Under the pieces are notes generated by a model that saw nothing but the letters and a program-made list of their open reading frames with translations, searched no databases and was not told where the DNA came from. A program made the position numbers and the translations under genes. A stretch of 60,263 bases of DNA, counting the filler, from Catajapyx aquilonaris (Eukaryota), in assembly GCA_000934665.2 (NCBI GenBank). It is 4 parts of 4 records of this genome, joined end to end, with 100 filler letters (N's around TTAATTAATTAA, not from the genome) between each part and the next. Parts side by side here need not be neighbours in the genome. Positions count along the whole stretch, not along the records: positions 1 to 14,999 come from KZ539716.1; positions 15,100 to 30,089 come from KZ539717.1; 2 more parts are not named here. One strand, 5' to 3'. Of the stretch, positions 12,960 to 27,328 are shown piece after piece (within the stretch, counting starts at the first letter, position 1; each line of letters begins with the position of its first letter).

Positions 12960-14999
12960 CTCACCTCTTTTTGTAGGCAGAAGTGTAGGATAATTATAAG
13001 ATAGCTCGGGGNGGGGGGGGCCTACGGTTGGGCGTGGAAGCAATGGTCCGTTAAATATTCCAAATAAGGTAATGAATAACTTAGAGCAAAATGTGTAGGT
13101 GATATACGAAAGTATGTAAAACTCTATCTTTTCCTCTGAATGCAAGTCCTATGCAATCTGAAAAATGTTTATTACTGTGAGAGAGTTCCACATTCGCACT
13201 TACTCCATATCGTGGGGCAAGTGCAGCACTAAGCTGCGTTTTTGATGTTATACTTGTTTGATGTTATCTTGGATGTTATACTTGTTTTGTGTTGTAGATG
13301 TGTTTAATAAATGCGGAAAGGAGGGGCTGTAGGGCCAAATTGGCTAGCCAGCCCGGAATTTCCGTAAGAGCACTAAGCACCATGTGCATGTTTTAATTAT
13401 TTTTCGAAGCACCCATATAGATGAATATTATGCAATAGAGGCCACTTGATTGGAAAGTCAATAAGGTAAAGTGTATCGTCCACTATTTATTTTTCGATTT
13501 TTTCGATTATAGCGAGTGAGATTGGGCTGCTCGTGAAGTACCGTAATATTGAATCAGTTGTTAAGAAAAGGGCTTTAGTGCCGTGAACCAATTTATGCAT
13601 AGCAGTGTTAACTAAAAAAATGTCACAAAGTGGACTTAAGCCCTTTTTGTAACATGTACATCTGATTCAGTTCTACATTGTACAGTATAGGCGGTATAGG
13701 CCTACCTTTGCTCATTCCAACATTGCGAAGGTTATGAAAATAAACTCTGGCTGCAGAGGCTTATCTACCTGGCCAAAAAAATTTCGCGTTTCAATGAATA
13801 TTAAACTTAGCAGAAACTTAGGGCCTCAAGACCAATTTTAATGTGCAATACAAAATTGAAGGACTCTTAAGAAATTCCTCGACTCGAGGCCATGAAACTA
13901 TACTATATGATGTACTTTTGCCTGATCTGCGTCTTTCCTTCACGTATGATTAGCCACAATATTTATTGCATCATGTAACTGCCGCTTTCTAGTCAGCCTG
14001 GATTATTTGGAGTCATGGAGGTAGTATAGCTTATTTGACAATTTCAATGAATTTTAACAGGAAGTGGTTGATGAACATGCAGTTTTCATGCAGATAATTG
14101 CTGTTCAGTTTACAACTATGCTCTTAAGTAGTATCAAGTGCTGTTCATGGTACGTGTGTTTAGAGCCTACAGTGACCTTTATATTACGAGATGGGTCAAG
14201 ATGGGTACAGGATACTGTACACAAAGTATACCTATACTGGTAATAAGGAAAATAATCATAATGCCAATCTTGTAGGACGTAGAACTGGATGATGTTTTGA
14301 ACACAGACCCACAACGTTTGGCCTAGCTTTGACAAAGAAACCGAATTCCGAATAGTTATTAATCAATAAAATAATATCGCATTTTAAATGGTTTATGTTT
14401 TGATGCGTTTTGAAGAGGAATTTGGTAATGTGGTATTGCACAATGTGGGAATGCACTTCATGACGGTGGAGATCAATGCTCAAAATGTCGAAGCTATACC
14501 TTCAGCATAATTATTGTGGAGTGACCAATCAAAACGCAACAAGCGCCAAAATTTTTAAACTCGAGTTATATGTGGTAGCACGTCCTTGAGGCTCGGGTCT
14601 ACGTGTGTGATAGATTGTGACAGCTCTAAATGCAATATCTACCGTGTTATAAGGGCTGGAAAATGGAGTGTTGCTTCAAAACGCAACATTTGCGCCAAGC
14701 AGCCAATGGGAGAGTGCCCAGTACTACAGTAGTACCACGTTTGTTCTCGTCGACTCGCTCCAAACCCCGAAGGGTGTATAAGTAATGAAATTTGAAGACT
14801 AATAGCCAATAATGTTCTCATGACTATTAGCATAGTGTTTAGATAATAATTAGAGTCAAGGATATGGTATCATGGTTCCTGCTGATAGAAGATATACTAA
14901 GAACTAGCAGCGGTACCCGTTCTTCGCACGGGAAAAAAAGAGCGTGGATAATTACACCGAAATCTTCTTAGATCTCAAGCAATATTAAATGCAAAACTG

Positions 15000-15099
15000 N
15001 NNNNNNNNNNNNNNNNNNNNNNNNNNNNNNNNNNNNNNNNNNNTTAATTAATTAANNNNNNNNNNNNNNNNNNNNNNNNNNNNNNNNNNNNNNNNNNNN
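15000..15099. other. Artificial contig linker N44-TTAATTAATTAA-N44
   Basis: Exactly 100 nt with a palindromic 12-mer giving stops in all six frames; identical copies at 30090 and 45186. Confidence 0.97.
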
Positions 15100-16546
15100 T
15101 GTAGGTCTCCGGGAGGTCCTCCATCAAGGGAGAGGCCAGGAAGCCGAAGTAGAGGGCCTCGTACCCACAGATGATGACCAGGGAGAAGGCCCACCAAAAG
15201 GAGATGAATATTCGGGGTGGTTGGGTGGAGGGGACCAGGTTCGGGTTCTCTTCGATCAGGGTGGAGGAGAGGTACCTCAGGGAGTACAGGAGGAGGCGGG
15301 GGAAGGACCAGGGGCGGCCAGGGAAGGGGGGGAGGGGACTCCACTTCAAGAGGAGGGCGAGGACTGCGCTGCCAAAGACTACGGAGACCATCACCATCGC
15401 CCACATGTCCGGAGTGTACGGTCGGAGCATCGCGTCCCAGGTGTAGCTCACTCGAGGGGCCCTGGTTACGAATGTCACTGTGCCAAACGCATAGGGAAAA
15501 TTGACGTCGACCACCAGGGACATGCGATCTTTAGTCAATGTTATTCCAAACACTGCTTTTCTTCGGAGGATGGCTCCAGTTGCTCCGGTGTAGTTTCCAT
15601 CAGGCAGTGGCACATCCGCTATCACCCCGTCTTCCCCCTCGGGGGATTCCAAGACCCAGTCGTAATTCATGGCCTGGCTGACGGGCAGGAGGTCCATTAT
15701 CTCTGGCATCATGGGCAAGTAGTTTTCAAAGAAATACTGAAGCTCGTTTTTGCTCAGGTCCACGACGAATGATCCGTTGAGCAATCGATTGTGCAGATTC
15801 TGGGAATAATCCGGAAATATCTCCAGTCCGGATGGAGTCACTTGTCCTCTTCCTGGGTCGAACCATCCCCTCGTGACCACCCCTGGATGACCCCCCTTGC
15901 AAAAGTGGCAGTTGGAGAGCAGCCCGACCATCCCTGGATGACCTCCCTGGACCCCTGAGGAGGTGTCCACTCCCGCCAGGAAGAGGAACCTCTCCGTGAC
16001 CCCGTGCAGCATGACCTCCTCCAGCCCCCTCCCTCCCCCCTCGCTGACCCACACCACGAACTTGTCCCTTCCCGTCTGGATGGAGACCAGTCTGGCCACC
16101 TGCTCCACCAGTGACCTCGGGTCATGGTGGTGGTCGGATGATGATGGTGACCCGAAGAGCAAGAGCAGGTACACCGCGCACTTGTGCTCCACCGCACCAG
16201 GTCTGTGCAACCAAGAGAACCAGTACTCGAACTGACCTGAGTTGACCTGGTGTGACCCCCTCTTCTGCCGGGTCACGGTGGTGGTGGTGACGGGCAGCAC
16301 TGGGGTCACCCCCACCCGGTGTATCCTCCTGATGAACCCGGATAGTTCAGGCCCGTTGAACCTTCTTCCTTGGTCCGTGGCAGGCACCAAAAGGCAAGAA
16401 GGGTACATCCGGCTGACCAAATGGACAAACTCAGTCACCCCAAACAACTCACTGTCCTCTGATACTCGAAGGTCAAGGGTCACCTTCCCATCTCCCCACT
16501 TCCCCACCACCAACACGAACAGGACAAGCAATGTATGAAGCTCCAT
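15100..16546 (-). CDS. Divergent intronless ionotropic receptor (IR, iGluR-related chemoreceptor), 3' end cut by the contig edge
   Basis: Signal peptide, FPDYSQNLHNRLL pre-S1 motif, S1 lobe DGNYTGATGAILRRKA, LRPYTPDMW-M1, M3 RIFISFWWAFSLVIICGYEALYFGFLASP; 480+ uninterrupted codons. Confidence 0.88.
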
Positions 16547-17560
16547 CGCGACTAGTCCTCTCCAGGGCTCAACAGGGCCTTTTTATGTCCTCCGTCAAAC
16601 ATAATGGCAGTCAAAAATATTAATTTCGGATCTCATTCACTTCCAGCCTTAACCACGTGGGAAATGAAACACCTGCTGCGTTTTGAAGGGGCGCACTATG
16701 AATCCGAGATGTGACAAATCTCTGGCTAATTGCCCTGAAGGCTTTTCGCCAACTTATTTTCTCTTTAATAGGAGAAAATAGCCTTTTCCTCTCCCCTCCT
16801 CTCACTCATGTCAAACCATGTCGTATGTTAGTAATAAAAAAAGAGCAGTGATTGCTCCAAACAATCGGTTGGGTCCAGCTTTTCGGTGCAAGTAAACCAA
16901 TTCTGAGCGATTTGGAGAACGTATGAAGGCTAAATTGTGTATACAGGAAGGGCTGGTCTTGGTCATTGACAAGCTGTCATTTCGCCATATGATTTTCGTT
17001 TTGAGAATATGGACATGTGTCCCCCGCATCATCAATGGGAACCCCACTAATTTTGATCAACTAGGTTACGAAGCCATAACTATATGAAGTAGGCTAATAC
17101 TGACCCCGTGTTGCCTTCTCCAGAGACTTATGCGTTTATTAATAACATAATTATATTTTAAGCAAGGAGTCACACGTGGACTGGCAGAGCCACGTGCTCT
17201 TCGCCGGTGTTGTGATTCACCCGGCATGTGAAATATTGATGAGGCGGATATTGATCTCACGGCCAGGAATGCAAAGCGCGGGATAGCTTGAATCTGCCTT
17301 CGCAGAAGTCAGCAGTGAAGAAATACGAGCAAGTGCGCAAGATACGACATGCTAATTATTAAATACTACGATGATGGATCTGGGTCATTCTCCTTAAAAC
17401 CTCCGTGGAAATTATGCATAAGGCGTACTTTGAACGAAAAGGGAAGCAAAATTCTAATTCCATGGTCGTCCATTGTTGATGTAAAATGTGGTTAGGCATT
17501 TAGAATCAACTGTTGTGAGAAATTACATCTCAAACAACAAATCAAAAAATCATAACATAT

Positions 17561-17611
17561 AATAATAATAATAACAATAACAATAATAATAATAACAATA
17601 ATAATAATAAC

Positions 17612-17644
<33 letters not shown>

Positions 17645-17650
17645 TATTAT
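17561..17650. repeat. (AAT/AAC)n microsatellite
   Basis: Visible tandem trinucleotide array. Confidence 0.95.
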
Positions 17651-17897
17651 NGGGGGGGGGGGGGGGGGGGGGACTCGCCTTTCTACGTATTTGACACAAC
17701 ATAGCAGAAGTACTGTACATCAAAGAATCAATATTATACTCACAGTATTATGTCACAGAACCCTGTAATTTTTTGGATGCTTCTATAAAGAAATTATATT
17801 TAAACTAAATAGTGTATATCTTCTTTGCATTGGTAACAGAAAAGGTGTGCCATTGAGCTTGGAGGGAGCTGGGGCATCCCGGTTAACAATTTAGCTC

Positions 17898-18540
17898 TTA
17901 GTTAGGAGAAAAACAGCAATCGTATAAAAAATGGAACAAGTCAAGAGAATCAGTGCTGCTATTGCACAAGGAGCATCTTTCTGTATCAGAATCCAACCGG
18001 AGAGTGTATCCTTTTATCCAGTGGGTGTCTGAGCCATTTCTCAGACTTGTATACAATCTCGTAACAGAGAGTGGAAGCTGATAATCAAAATAATATTGTC
18101 TGAGGTGGTCTGATATGTGAAGTTTGTAATGGGCATATCTCTCTCTAGAATCTTGTACTCGAGCAATATCTGTATTGATGGTGGCTTGAATTTTTAATAC
18201 ATCTTCTAAGTTTATCTTCTCAGGATTACTATACCATGTGTCTAGTGAGATACCTGTTTCTAAAAACAGCCTCCTGACTATTGTTATCCATTCGGATCGA
18301 GTACTAGTGTTCTTTTCTGATAGTGCTGCCTGGAAGAAGAGTATACGATTAGATCTTTTGTGTCTGAGAGTACTATATCGGCAAAGCATTTTCATAACCC
18401 CAACCGCAAGGTAGGGGTCTACGTCCTGTTTCGAGGCGAAGGAAAGTGCTCCTTGGGAGCGTGAGGTATATATTTATAAAATGGGACTGAACTTTTTCTA
18501 TTACGTCGAAGTACCCGGGAACCCCCCATCCATCTACAGC
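17898..18540 (-). mobile_element. Non-LTR retrotransposon ORF2 C-terminal fragment (RTE-X-like)
   Basis: YFDVIEKVQ...LPRST..LRLETGR post-RT motif and CCHC finger ERCSLCN...LFHFLYDC. Confidence 0.7.
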
Positions 18541-19585
18541 AGCGGTGACAGACCACAGAAAAGTAACTTCATGAGTAACTGTAACTGTAACTTTTTGGTC
18601 AAAGGAACTTGTAACTGTAACTAATTACTTTTTTGGACTGAATAACTGTAACTGTAACAAGTTACATTTCAAAAGTAACTTACCCAACTCTGATTATTAT
18701 CTGGGAAACAGCCAAGGCGACAGTGATGGAAGCTATCAAGTGGCGATGACTCTTCTGAGTGATGGAGGGACACAGCCAGGGACTTATCTGCATGAACGTG
18801 AACTCTTAATTGCTGCCGAATGAGATCAGGCAAAAGAAATGGTGAATATATTTAATTATGTTATTTGAACTGGTAGTATTCGCTACTCTTAAAATTGACA
18901 AAAAGGCACCAAATTACCGTAAAAGTAGTTTAACCTTTGGAAACTGGGATGCGAAAAAGTGGATCATCAGTGATGACCAATTCCTCCACAACTACATCCT
19001 TTCCTCATTATGTATGCTAAATTAGGGAGTCCCCAGCTACCCATCCGGCCCCTAAACGTCTCAACTCTTGGAACACACCAGTCCTGAATACCCACTCCGC
19101 CGGGGGATGGCCGAAAAAGATGGCCATCAGGAAGGCCAGTTTCCCGACATCCAGNNNNNNNNNNNNNNNNNNNNNNNNNNNNNNNNNNNNNNNNNNNNNN
19201 NNNNNNNNNNNNNNNNNNNNNNNCCCCCCCCCCCCCCCCCCCCAGAGTGAGGAAGCTACCGACAAGTGAGATAGTGAAGGGCGGGGGAGAATAACGGCAT
19301 CTATATTGTGCCTCAAAGTGTGCCAGTGTGTAGTGCAAATACTCCTGTGAGGAGAGCCCCCGCGAGATTGGACTTTATTGCCTGGAACATTGCTGGCCTG
19401 CCTATTCGGGAAGTTATAAGTGTCTGTGAGAGTATTCTGCGGTTAGAGTGAACCCGAAAACCCGGAAGTGGCGGGTCACCGGAAGTTGACCATGACACCC
19501 ATGTAGGTCACGCTTAATCCTAATATAAAAACCGTTTGCAGCTATCTCTTGAGGTTTGGACCCTGATACCTGTCCACAGACGGAC

Positions 19586-19948
19586 TGTTTTGGTTGGTGG
19601 CATGTTTAGATTTGCCTCGCTCTCCTTCTCCCGTCCTATACTGACATCTTGTGTCATTAGTGTAAACCGCTTGCTTTTTTTGTGTAGTCAGTTGGTGGGA
19701 ACTGGTTCTTTCTGTCTTTCCCACACTTGCAACTTGACCCTTCTCCCTTCCGCACGCACCTTTTGTCTGTTGTGTAATGTCTTTGTCTGTTCCTTAAGTG
19801 TATCATTGTATGCGGATTGGAGCTGGGTTATAGAGTTGGATTGCTGACTTTGCTGTATCTGGATTAAAATATCTTGTTTTTTGCCAAAGGAAAGTTTTCC
19901 TCTTTTTTTTATTGCTTAAGTTTGCGAGCTGTTATTTCGCAGCTAACA
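19586..19948 (+). repeat. 5' LTR (363 bp)
   Basis: Direct repeat of 27329-28169 once the MITE insertion is removed. Confidence 0.93.
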
Positions 19949-19953
19949 TTTTT

Positions 19954-19971
19954 TGGTCCTCCGGGCCGGAT
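19954..19971 (+). promoter_or_regulatory. Primer-binding site, tRNA-Tyr-like
   Basis: TGGTCCTCCGGGCCGGAT just after the LTR resembles the BEL/Pao TGGTCCTTCGAGCCGGAT. Confidence 0.8.
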
Positions 19972-20307
19972 ACAGCAAGGCCAGAATTAAGGTAAGTGCG
20001 GCAAATCTTTTTGATAAAGCGTGCCACCTGCAAGTGTTGTTAATTGGTCGGCTGTTCCGACATTTTTGCATTTTTGATGGATGATACATATGCGGGTGTT
20101 CCGTATTTGTATTTTTTCAGTTGTAACGAAGCGAAGTGTTGCAAGTTGGTCTGCTGTTCCGACGTTCTTGCAGTAGCGTCTTTGTTGTGCTTACAGTGCG
20201 GTTCCGTTTCTAGTGAGGGAATAGTGCCATTTCGCGGAAGTGTTGCGTGTGTGTCGGTGTATGCATTTATGGTAGGGGATCAGTTCCGTCACACATATTG
20301 AAGCAAC

Positions 20308-21880
20308 ATGGATCACAACACCACAATGAGGCGCATCGCTGCTTTAAAGGGTCTTATTACTAGGCTATGCGGCTCCATTCAACAAGAAGATGACCGCACT
20401 AAACAGCGCATCAAACTGGAACAATTGGAAGAAGTCTGAAAGTCATTTGACGAGCTTCACATGCAGGTTGTGGAGACATGCGAAGACGATGACGGGGTAT
20501 CCCCATTGGAAGACGAGTATGAGCAATACTCTAATCGTTACGTCACTGAAAAGGCCGCGGTTTCGAGTCCTGGAGAGGACACCGTTCCAACGACCGGTGC
20601 TTTCCCTCCTGAGGCAACTTCTTCCCCGGACCTCAAGCTTCCCAGGCTTCAATTACCAAGCTTTTCGGGTCATTCAACCGAATGGCTGTCCTTCAGGGAT
20701 CTCTTCACGGCTACTGTTCATGGCAATTCGTCACTTACCAAGGTACAAAAGCTTCAGTATATGAAGACAACACTTACGAACAATGCTCTGGCTCTTATCC
20801 AAAACCTACCTCTCACACACTCTGCTTATGATGAGGCTTGGGAAATGATTCGGGAGAGGTATGGTGATGAGCGTGTAATAACCAGAGCATACCTACAAAC
20901 ATTTTTCGGCATTGCTAACATGAAAGGGGATTCTGCATCTGACTTGTGAGACAAGGCGTCTAGTTGAGACATATGCCGATAATGTGAGGGCTTTGAAGGT
21001 GATGGGAGCTCCCATTGAGCATTGGGATCTCATATTAATCCATTTGATTGAAAGTAAAATGCACGAAAGAGCTCGCAAGGAATGGGAACTATCCTCGGAC
21101 AACGTAGAGCCAACCGTGGGTGACTTGCGTCGCCAGGAATGGTGGACATCGGCCTTGCGACTCCTGCGCCCATAAGCTACATAGGGATTGCAGTGTAAAA
21201 CAGCTGTAACTCGGTTAATTTTGATCTAATTAATTTTATTTTTCAATGTGTATGAAGGTAATAGACTCCTGCATACCCTGGTGACTCTAAAAAATTAATA
21301 TTTCAATTATGTTTGGGAGATAATGGTGTCTCATTCCTCTTATGAGGTTTTGCGTTGCATTTTGCTCTTGGGCCCGAAAAAGCTACTTTCAATTGAGATA
21401 TTTCATTGATCTCAAAATGTGTATGAAATATACGATGTGTGTGACAAAATGGCTATTCCATATTTAAGATTGGTCCACAAAGTAGTGAGATCATGGTGTC
21501 TCTTTCCGTCAGAGAACTCTGGTTCATCCCGTCCAAATGATCGTCCGCCTCCTATCGGTGGTAATATGAAACACTGGCAGAATGTCCACCATTCCTGGCG
21601 ACGGCAAGCCTTTCTTAATAAACGAGCAGCGGCTTTGGAAGCTTCACAGACTTGCAATCCACGCAACGCTGGTTCACACATGAATCAGGGTCAGGTGTCT
21701 GGAAATGCGGTGCGCAAGGGTCATACTGCCACCGTGTCTCAGTCAGCAGAGTCATACAAGGGTCAATGCCCTAATTGTGAAGAGGAGCATATTCTCGCCA
21801 AGTGTCCCACATTTGTAAAGGCTAACTCCACCGAAAGGAGAGACATCGCTCGCAAATGTCGTGTCTGCTTTAACCTGTTG
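20308..21880 (+). pseudogene. BEL/Pao gag (DUF1759-like plus Cys/His knuckles), disrupted
   Basis: LKLPRLQLPSFSGHSTEWLSFRDLF...QKLQYMK...YDEAWEMIRERY and CPNCEEEHILAKCPTF...CFN; stops, frameshift and MITE insertion. Confidence 0.9.
21128..21603. mobile_element. MITE inserted into gag
   Basis: TIR CGTCGCCAGGAATGGTGGACAT / ATGTCCACCATTCCTGGCGACG; gag similarity resumes on the far side. Confidence 0.85.
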
Positions 21881-24800
21881 AGGGCCAGGTTTTCTTTTCA
21901 ATTGCAAGCCCCCACAGCCCGAGTTTTTTTCCCAAATTCAAACGATTAGAATGAGCGACCTGACCTTAGTATTCTAAGGCCGCTATGTAAGTGTGTTGCT
22001 CCAGGTCGGATTTTTCGCCGTGTCCTCACACCACTGCAATGAGTTTCAATGGTGTCGAGTGTGACCAAGGGCGAGCAGTGGTTTGGGGGCGGCCTAGGGG
22101 CCACTTCGGAAATGCGTTTCGCCAGTTCGGATTTTGCGCGTGTCCTGAGGGTAATGCAATGTAGGCCTAATGATGGCGGTTTGTGGACGGGGAAATCAAT
22201 CTACAGGGTGTGCTGTAAGTTCATATCCACTGAATCATCTGGCTCTCACAATGTAACTAACATGATTGTTTATTCTAGAAAACAAGGTATACGCTTGTTA
22301 CAAGAAAATGGGTGCCGATATTAAAATTCTGACTTCATATTCACAATCAGCTCCTCCGAATTGTTCATGTGCCCAAAACCTTGTTGCCTATAGTGTAATT
22401 ATAGAATTTACAAACCACATAATACATTATTGTTGAAAGGGTGGGCACTCAAAAATGTAATGTCTTAGCTTTTCCCTATGAAAATTTTCCGTCAATATTA
22501 ATTTTTCCAGAGATCGCCTGCCGTATGCCGTCTTGAATTTCTCCTTTTAGCACGTATTTGAAATGAAAACGTTCGAAAAAACCCTTATGACAATTTTCAT
22601 TACAATCAGGACATTTGAAAAAGGCACTGTCCGCCATTTTGGATTCGCCATTTTGAATTTTCGTTGTTTGAGATCGGATCTGAAATCAGCGCCCTCCGAA
22701 ACGCCCAGATGCTAATTTTGACGCTGACCATTTCCCGCATATGATGTCCGCCATTTTGGATCCTCCATTTTGAATTTTGATTTTTTTGACATCGGATCTT
22801 AAATCAGCGCAATTGAAAACCTTTATATAAATATTCTGAATTTTTGGCCGTGGGGCCATGAGTTGCAACTATTTTCAGTAACGGTTACTTAAATAACAGT
22901 TATTGCAAAGTAGCTGTTATTTGTACTACCCACGAGGGGAGCGGATCCGCGCTGATAGGGGCCCATCTGATTGGCCGGATAGCTTCCAAGATCCTCTCAT
23001 TCATGGCCGTCTGGGGCATGCCACGTCTGGTCGGGTTTGGACACTATTTTTATAACCGCCTGACGCCAGATATTTTGTCTCTCAGGCAACAGGGGGCAGC
23101 AGCATCCATCTTACCTCGCGGATTCAAGCCAATCACGCAGTCCGTGATAGTTGAACTCCCAACCACGAGATGGCATGGCAAGAGAAGCTTAAAAGTCATT
23201 GGCGTCTTTTTAAATTATTAGAACAAATGAGCGCACAAGTAGCAAACGGTCATATGACCGCCGTGGCCCTCAACAGGTTAATTTCCTGAGACGTGGACAT
23301 CTGGTAACCACATGCCAGTCTTCGACTTGCCGCAAGTGCCACGGAAAGCATAACACTCTTCTTCACATTGGTGACTTCTCCCAGAAGGAGCAGACCACGA
23401 CAAAGGAACCGAAGAAAGAAGTTTTCGGTTGTGATGACACACTAATCGCATCCGCCCACGCCTCTGTTATAATGGCGGTGTACTTACCTGAGGGATGCTA
23501 GCACCGCGTTGCTCCACCAGTTTGTCAATTCCTGCAGGGGTACCAACTGAAAGGTTGTACCCAATTTTGACACTGATTGACTTGACATGTCAAGGCCATG
23601 ATATCGAAATTCCCTTCCATTAGTAGGTTGACATATTATTCTGCATCATTGACCTCCCATTGTTTGACTTTTGACCTGCAGGCACAGAGTTCCTTGCTTG
23701 AATTGATCCGCCGACCTCTCAGCCCGCCCACGACAGATTTTCTCTAAAATTGCCAGACGTGACCTTCTGGCCCCTGCGGAGAGGCTGTGCAAATTCCACG
23801 ACGGTTCCAGAAATAGTTGGCGACCCAGGTCAGGGCAGGTCCAACCCCACCCGTTTTGCCCTATGCTATAATTTTAGCATTAGTTAATTATGTTAAGTTG
23901 ACTCATTTTACCTAAACTGAGAGAAATCAATGATGCAAACAATTAAGTGTAATTTGGCACACACGGATACAAATACATGTTTTCATGATTCCGTTAGACA
24001 GTTTCAAAATTTATTATTTATAAACTACGCAACAAATTGTGTGTGTGTGGGGGGGGGGGGTTGGGGGACTCCACCTGCATTCGACTGATCACATCAGAGT
24101 TCGTTAATTCATTTCATAATTATTGACATAACCGTTTTCCAGTGTAAAATGTGTAAGGTTTACAACTTTATAGAATTTCGTTTAGATTGCAAGTTACATT
24201 GAACTTAAGGAGAATGTACTACATCAATAACTACATCATAATGGTTTCCCAAACTATGGTCCATGTAGAGTCTTCCGCACAATGATGCCTTTCTCAGCCA
24301 ATTTGGAAAGAGATTGCTGGTCGAGGAGTAGATAACTCAGGGGCCCCTCTGATTAAGTGGTCAGGGGTGGTATAATCCCTCATTTTGACGAAGGAAAGAA
24401 AACGCTACTATTTAGTCTGTGTGACACTTTTTTTATTCCTTCTACGATAAAAAATAGATCATTCAAGTGACGGTTGCTATTCTTACATGATGCCTCACAT
24501 ATTTAAACAAGCTTATCAATAACTCTTCTCATTAATGGTTTGGACCATTCATTCATGAGAGGCGGTGCTTCCAAACAGAACAGGAACTATTTACATGCTA
24601 TATAGGACAAAACGGGTGGGGTTGGACCTGACCTGACCTGGGTCGCCAACTATTTCTTGAACCCTCGTGGAATTTGCACAGCCTCTCCGCAATGGCCAGA
24701 AGGTCAAATGCATTGCATAGCCTACTGGAGTGGGGGCGATTTTTTTCACCTGTCTCTGATACCCTTACCGAAAAGGTCAAAATCATAACTATTCTGGTGT

Positions 24801-26708
24801 ATTTGGCAATACCGAGATGGCAAAAGAAAATAACAGATTTTTTTGGTCCTGCCTAGGAAATGGGTGAGCTAATCTTGCATTTTTGTGGATCATATTGTAA
24901 TAATTTCATTAATCAGTATGCAGTAGTATGCACTGCAGGCATATGGAAAACGGAAAACTTTGCGTATATTCTTGAAAAAGTGGAGTTTTGTCTATTAAAC
25001 AGATCTCGGTTATTACATACTTTTTCCGCCGTCCCTTGAAGTCTGTCATATCCGGTTTCAACTGTAATTGAATCAAATGAACGGAAATGTATAGTTAGGA
25101 ACATTTCGGCATGTCAATATTTTCATCTATAATGCAAAAAATCGTACAAATCAGCACAATAATGCGTTAGCAATTTTATTTTGCGCTTTAGGTTAACACT
25201 ATTGCTATCACAATATTCCTCATTTTTCATTCCCGCTCATTTGATATGCATAAGAACACCACTTGAAATAAATTGTCCGTCCTGTTCAATTTATTGTTGC
25301 CGACAGATGTTGCAATAATATCTCCGTGGGAGATTCTTTTGACATTCTCCTGTGTGCGTATGCACATGTTTTTAAATATATGAATAACTTATATCAAATT
25401 CTGAGATTGCCTAGCCACCATCATAATTATTCGCCTTCGGCATGCCATGACCCTGCTGGAAAAGTTTCTTTCCCCCAAAAGGTTGAAAAATAATCGAGCC
25501 AAGAAATTACTCAGAGGATTATAGCAGATAAGGGCATAAGGCGATAGCAACGAGTCGAGACCAGCCCCTGGACACTTCTATCCCAGCGCAATAGAAAAGG
25601 CCGATCCGTTATTCCTTCCCGCAGCGGCGCTAGTAAAAACAATGGAATCTCGCTGTGCGTGTCGTTCATTCGCCATAACAACTAGCGACCCTGTCGGTAC
25701 AACCCATCAACAGCACTTATGGAATCGATTTTGCATACCGGTATCACCATCGGCAGGTATCGATAGCCGATAGGTATCCATCGGTATATCCCACGGTATA
25801 TCCGTTGTGATCGGTATTTGAATTGGCGGTCCGTGGACGATTCCCCTCCCGATTACTACCGATAGCGTATACCAAGATGGCCTCAATATGGAGATAGGCC
25901 ACCTCCAGTCAGCGCCACGGCGGGATTGAGTAACGGATCGCAAGATGGCGGGGAGTTTCCCGACCTCTCCTTCTAAGACCGTGGTCGAGACCACAGCATT
26001 GCCAAGTTATACGCGCGTCGACTGCATCGCTCTTGTGACGTAACCCACGGCCATATGCCACATTTATGTGACGTAGTACGTATATGGCCAATGATGATCA
26101 AGTCGTATGGTGATATAACGACAAGAGACACCAGGACGGTAGTCATGATGGGTGACAAAGGGTATGCGCACATAATAGAGTTTTGGGTTCTGCTTTCAGC
26201 CTCTTTAATGCGGTTGTTCACAATGAGAGTAGGGGTATACAGGATGATGGAGGGTGGTAATGGGGGCGACCAGTGGCCCCATAGTGGAGGACCAACTGGC
26301 CACGAGTTACAATTGTGTCTGTCTTTTATAGTGGAGAGAAGCCCCACTGCATGCTGGGAAATTCATGACATTGCAATACAGAATCGATTTTGTTGAATTA
26401 CGATGACGTCAAAACTGGCAGGGTCACACTCTCATGGAGAGATGTCGTGCACTACTTACCCCCCAACGGGCCGGAAAAGCTCCGGTTTGCACCATCAACT
26501 TATATCCCCTTTATCTCCACTATGGACCACTAGATTTTATTCAAACAAACGGCAACTTGCACCCAAAGAGTGTGAAAGTGATACTAGTGGAAGGATTTTT
26601 TCTGCAAATCCCTAGTTTACGAATGGCAATTTTTTTTCATTCTCATCCCAGTTTCCTGCCTGTTAGGCACCCTAAATGTTGATTAATATAAATAATTTGC
26701 AAGATGTA

Positions 26709-27074
26709 TTTTTTTTCTTTCTTTTTTTAAATACCGGTACCCCGTGCTAGGCATCAAAGGCCTCTTTGGGGGGTGGCACACCACCATCAGTTTTCTCTGT
26801 GTATTTACACTTTTTTCTTCATTCACCGGTGCAAGGAGTCAAGGATGTCGGGTAGGGGTAGGGATTTTTTGGGGAGGGAACATAGGTGCAAGTGCAATGT
26901 CTGAAAATGGGTCATGTGCTGTTCCCCAGGAGGTTAGGTTGCCAGACACCTCCTTGGTGCAGGTCAGAGACCCTCCTGACGCAGGTGAAAGGAAAGTTCC
27001 CCAGGCGGGGATCGAACCTGGGGCCTTTCACTCAGCAAGCCGAGACGTTACCATCACGGCCACCACACCTCCCC
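26709..27074 (-). mobile_element. tRNA(Ala-like)-derived SINE, family B
   Basis: Head GGGGAGGTGTGGTGGCC...GGTTCGATCCC, A-tail, perfect 15-bp TSD AATTTGCAAGATGTA. Confidence 0.9.
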
Positions 27075-27328
27075 AATTTGCAAGATGTAATCCACTGGTC
27101 TCAATTTCCTACTCATGCTCAATCATTTAATATATAGTTGACAAGATTACGATAAGTAGTGTAGGAGAAATAGGGGAGATAAGTTACATGGGATACGCCT
27201 ATTCCCACTCAGGGGTGATGCACACCCCCGCCCCCTTGCCTTTTGCCAGTGTATAAGATGTAAGCATGTTTTATTTATTGTACCATTTATATCATATTCG
27301 GAAAATACGTCTATTTTGGTGGGCGGTA

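Noticed and set aside
15048..16538. Many overlapping alternative-frame and antisense ORFs over the IR genes
   Set aside because: By-product of GC-rich coding sequence; no independent protein signature
16576..16590. CATAAAAAG TATA-like motif upstream of IR copy A
   Set aside because: Only ~30 nt from the ATG and non-canonical; not supportable without TSS data
18560..18691. Regularly repeated GTAAC motifs, superficially CRISPR-like (also GGTATC repeats at 25735-25870)
   Set aside because: Eukaryotic context, no constant repeat-spacer structure; typical subterminal repeats of DNA transposons
26990..27074. Possible tRNA genes at the SINE heads
   Set aside because: No complete cloverleaf; each is followed by a SINE body and tail, most with TSDs
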